Shown: positions 61,810 through 64,000 of the stretch, piece after piece
Layout of the letters: each line of letters opens with the position of its first letter
Position numbering within the stretch: the stretch's first letter is position 1
DNA from: an uncultured delta proteobacterium
Lineage (GTDB): Bacteria; Desulfobacterota; Binatia; UBA9968
Length of the DNA stretch: 64,000 bases
NCBI GenBank assembly: GCA_963847445.1
Contig: CAWJZV010000048.1
Location: 128,001 to 192,000 of the forward strand
Direction: 5' to 3'
Notes under the pieces: model-generated
The model's input: the letters and a program-made list of their open reading frames with translations, nothing else
The model's database searches: none
Told to the model about the DNA's origin: nothing
Translations under genes and position numbers: made by a program

Positions 61810-63165
61810 TCATTCCCCCGCCACCGTCATCTTGGCGAGCTTCACCGTCGGCGCGGCGATGCGGCCGCGCATTTCGAGGTCGTTGCCGACCATTTCGATG
61901 TTGTGCAACATTTCTTTGAGATTGCCGGCGACGGTGATTTCCTCTACTGGATAGGCGAGCTCGCCGTTTTCGATCCACATGCCGGCGGCGCCGCGGGAGT
62001 AGTCGCCGGTGATCATGTTGACGCCGGAGCCGATCATTTCGGTGACATACAAACCTGATTTGATCGAACCGATGATCTGCTCGGGCGTCTGCGTGCCGGG
62101 CGTGAGGTAAAAATTCGCCGGCGATACGCCGGGGGGCTCGCCGACCGAGCGCGAGGCGTTGCCGGTGGACGCCATGCCCAGCTTCTTGCCGCTGTAGGTG
62201 TCGAGCAGGTAACTCTTGCAGCTCGCCCTTTTCGACGACGATTTTCTTTTTGATCGGCAACCCTTCGGCATCGAAGGGGCGCGAGCCGTGGCCGCCGACG
62301 ATGGTGCCGTCGTCGATCACGGTCAATAAATCCGAGCCGATCTTTTCACCGAGCTTGCCGACCAGGAACGACGCGCCTTTATACAGCGCGTAGCCGGACA
62401 GCGCCGAGGCCAAGCTGCGCAACAGCGACGCCGCCATTTCCGGATCGAACACCACCGGCACCTCGCAGGTCTTCACCTTGCGCCCGCCGAGCCGGCGCAG
62501 CACGCGCTGGGCGGCTCTTTCACCGACATGTTGCGACGATTCTAAATCGGCGAACTTTCGCGTCGAGGAATACCAGTAGTCGCGCTGCATCGAACCATCT
62601 TGCTTCGCCACCGGCGACACCGAATGGCCGAAGGTCGAGCCGGCATATTCGCCGGCAAAGCCGTGACTGCTGACATAGACAACCCGGCCGAAATGATTGG
62701 AAAACTCGGCGCCCTCGGAGTTGGTGATGCGCGCGTCGAACGAGAGCGCGGCTTTCTCGGTGTCCAAGGCGATCTGAATCTTGTCGTCGACGGCGATGTT
62801 GCGCGCGCCGCTATCGATCAGATCGAGATCGGGAATCTCCCGCGCCAACATCTCCGCGCCGGCAGGCCGCCGCTGGGATCCTGGGCGGTGGCGCGGGCCA
62901 TCTGCACCGTGTCGTCGACCAGCTTTTCAATCGATTTCTTCGAGATATCCGAAGTCGACGCCGACGCCGAGCTGTTGCCGAGAAACAAGCGCAGCCCAAG
63001 CCGCTTCTCACCGGCCTGGCTGATCTTCTCGACCTCGCCCATGCGCACGGTGACGAAGAACGAGTCGCCCTCGACCATCACGACATCGCCGGAGGACGCG
63101 CCCTTCTTCTTGGCAATGTCGAGTAACTCGCGGCCGAGATCTTGGTTTAGTTCGCAGCGATCCAT
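61810..63165 (-). CDS. pmbA: TldE/PmbA metalloprotease subunit (frameshifted)
   Basis: [58 protein letters not shown]. Confidence 0.92.
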
Positions 63166-63184
63166 GAAGTCTCCCAATTAGCTC

Positions 63185-63332
63185 GTTCAAATCGTTCAAG
63201 CCGTTCAAGTCGTTCAAGCCCCCGCTTTCTTCGAAGCGGAACCGGGTGAGTTTCCTCCCCCGCGTCGCGGGGGAGGAGCAAGGAGGGGGTTTGAACGGAG
63301 CGTAGCGATTGAACGGCTTGAACGTTTTGAAC
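63185..63332. repeat. Composite element: 9-bp periodic GTTCAA/TTGAAC arms enclosing a CCTCCCCCGCGTCGCGGGGGAGG palindrome
   Basis: Seen directly between tldD and pmbA. Confidence 0.85.
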
Positions 63333-63334
63333 TC

Positions 63335-64000
63335 TTACGCTCTTGTCCCCCCGACTGTTAATCCATCGATCTTGATCGTCGGCATGCCGACGCCGACGGG
63401 CACCGACTGACCGTCCTTGCCGCAGGTGCCGACGCCTTCGTCGAGCTTCAAGTCGGCGCCGACCATCGACACCCGGGTCAACACGTCGGGGCCGTTGCCG
63501 ATCAGAGTCGCGCCTTTCACCGGCTTGGTGACCTTGCCGTCTTCGATCAAGTAAGCCTCGCTGGCGGAGAAAACGAATTTGCCGCTGGTGATATCGACCT
63601 GGCCGCCGCCGAAGGAAACCGCGTAGAGGCCTTTCTTCACCGAACTTCAAAATATCTTCCGGCGCCGACTCGCCGGCGAGCATGAAGGTATTGGTCATGC
63701 GCGGCATGGGAATATGCGCGTAGCTTTCGCGCCGGCCGTTGCCGGTGAGCGCCATCTTCATCAAGCCGGCGTTGAGCTTGTCCTGCAAATAGCCCTTGAG
63801 GATGCCCTTCTCGATCAGCGTGGTTCGGCTCGTCGGCGTGCCTTCGTCATCGACGTTGATCGAACCGCGGCGCGACGGGATGGTGCCGTCGTCGACCACG
63901 GTGCAAAGCTCGGAGGCGACCTTTTCGCCGATGCGGTCGCTGAACGCCGAGGTCTTCTTGCGGTTAAAGTCGCCTTCGAGGCCATGGCCGATGGCTTCGT
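63335..64000 (-). CDS. tldD: TldD metalloprotease (3' part; frameshift near 63642)
   Basis: [59 protein letters not shown]. Confidence 0.95.

Overview
A GC-rich bacterial chromosomal window with no rRNA, tRNA, CRISPR array or transposase. The gene content (many NMT1/SsuA-type and PF04392-type substrate-binding proteins, UbiD, ornithine-cyclodeaminase and FAH paralogues) and the periodic intergenic repeats resemble Deltaproteobacteria-like/Ca. Binatia genomes; this is an inference. More than 20 genes carry single-base frameshifts, most likely uncorrected long-read errors, so several genes were reconstructed across frames. Two loci stand out as possibly undescribed systems. (1) 32730-40263: a tightly coupled operon with an LplT-Aas fusion, a CADD/PqqC-like diiron-oxidase::enolase-superfamily fusion, a bacterial GH3 acyl-amido ligase and a small membrane protein, followed by bioB. 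(2) 45386-55813: a heme/peroxide cluster with a GMC oxidoreductase, a large diheme-c lipoprotein, a catalase-like protein whose distal His is replaced by Asn, an epoxide hydrolase, a DyP peroxidase and two conserved-looking unknowns. Also present are a NoeA-like/sulfatase-like envelope module, an MntA-HepT toxin-antitoxin pair, a tandem array of orphan ABC binding proteins, and several families of 7-9 bp periodic palindromic intergenic elements, some of which overlap coding sequence.
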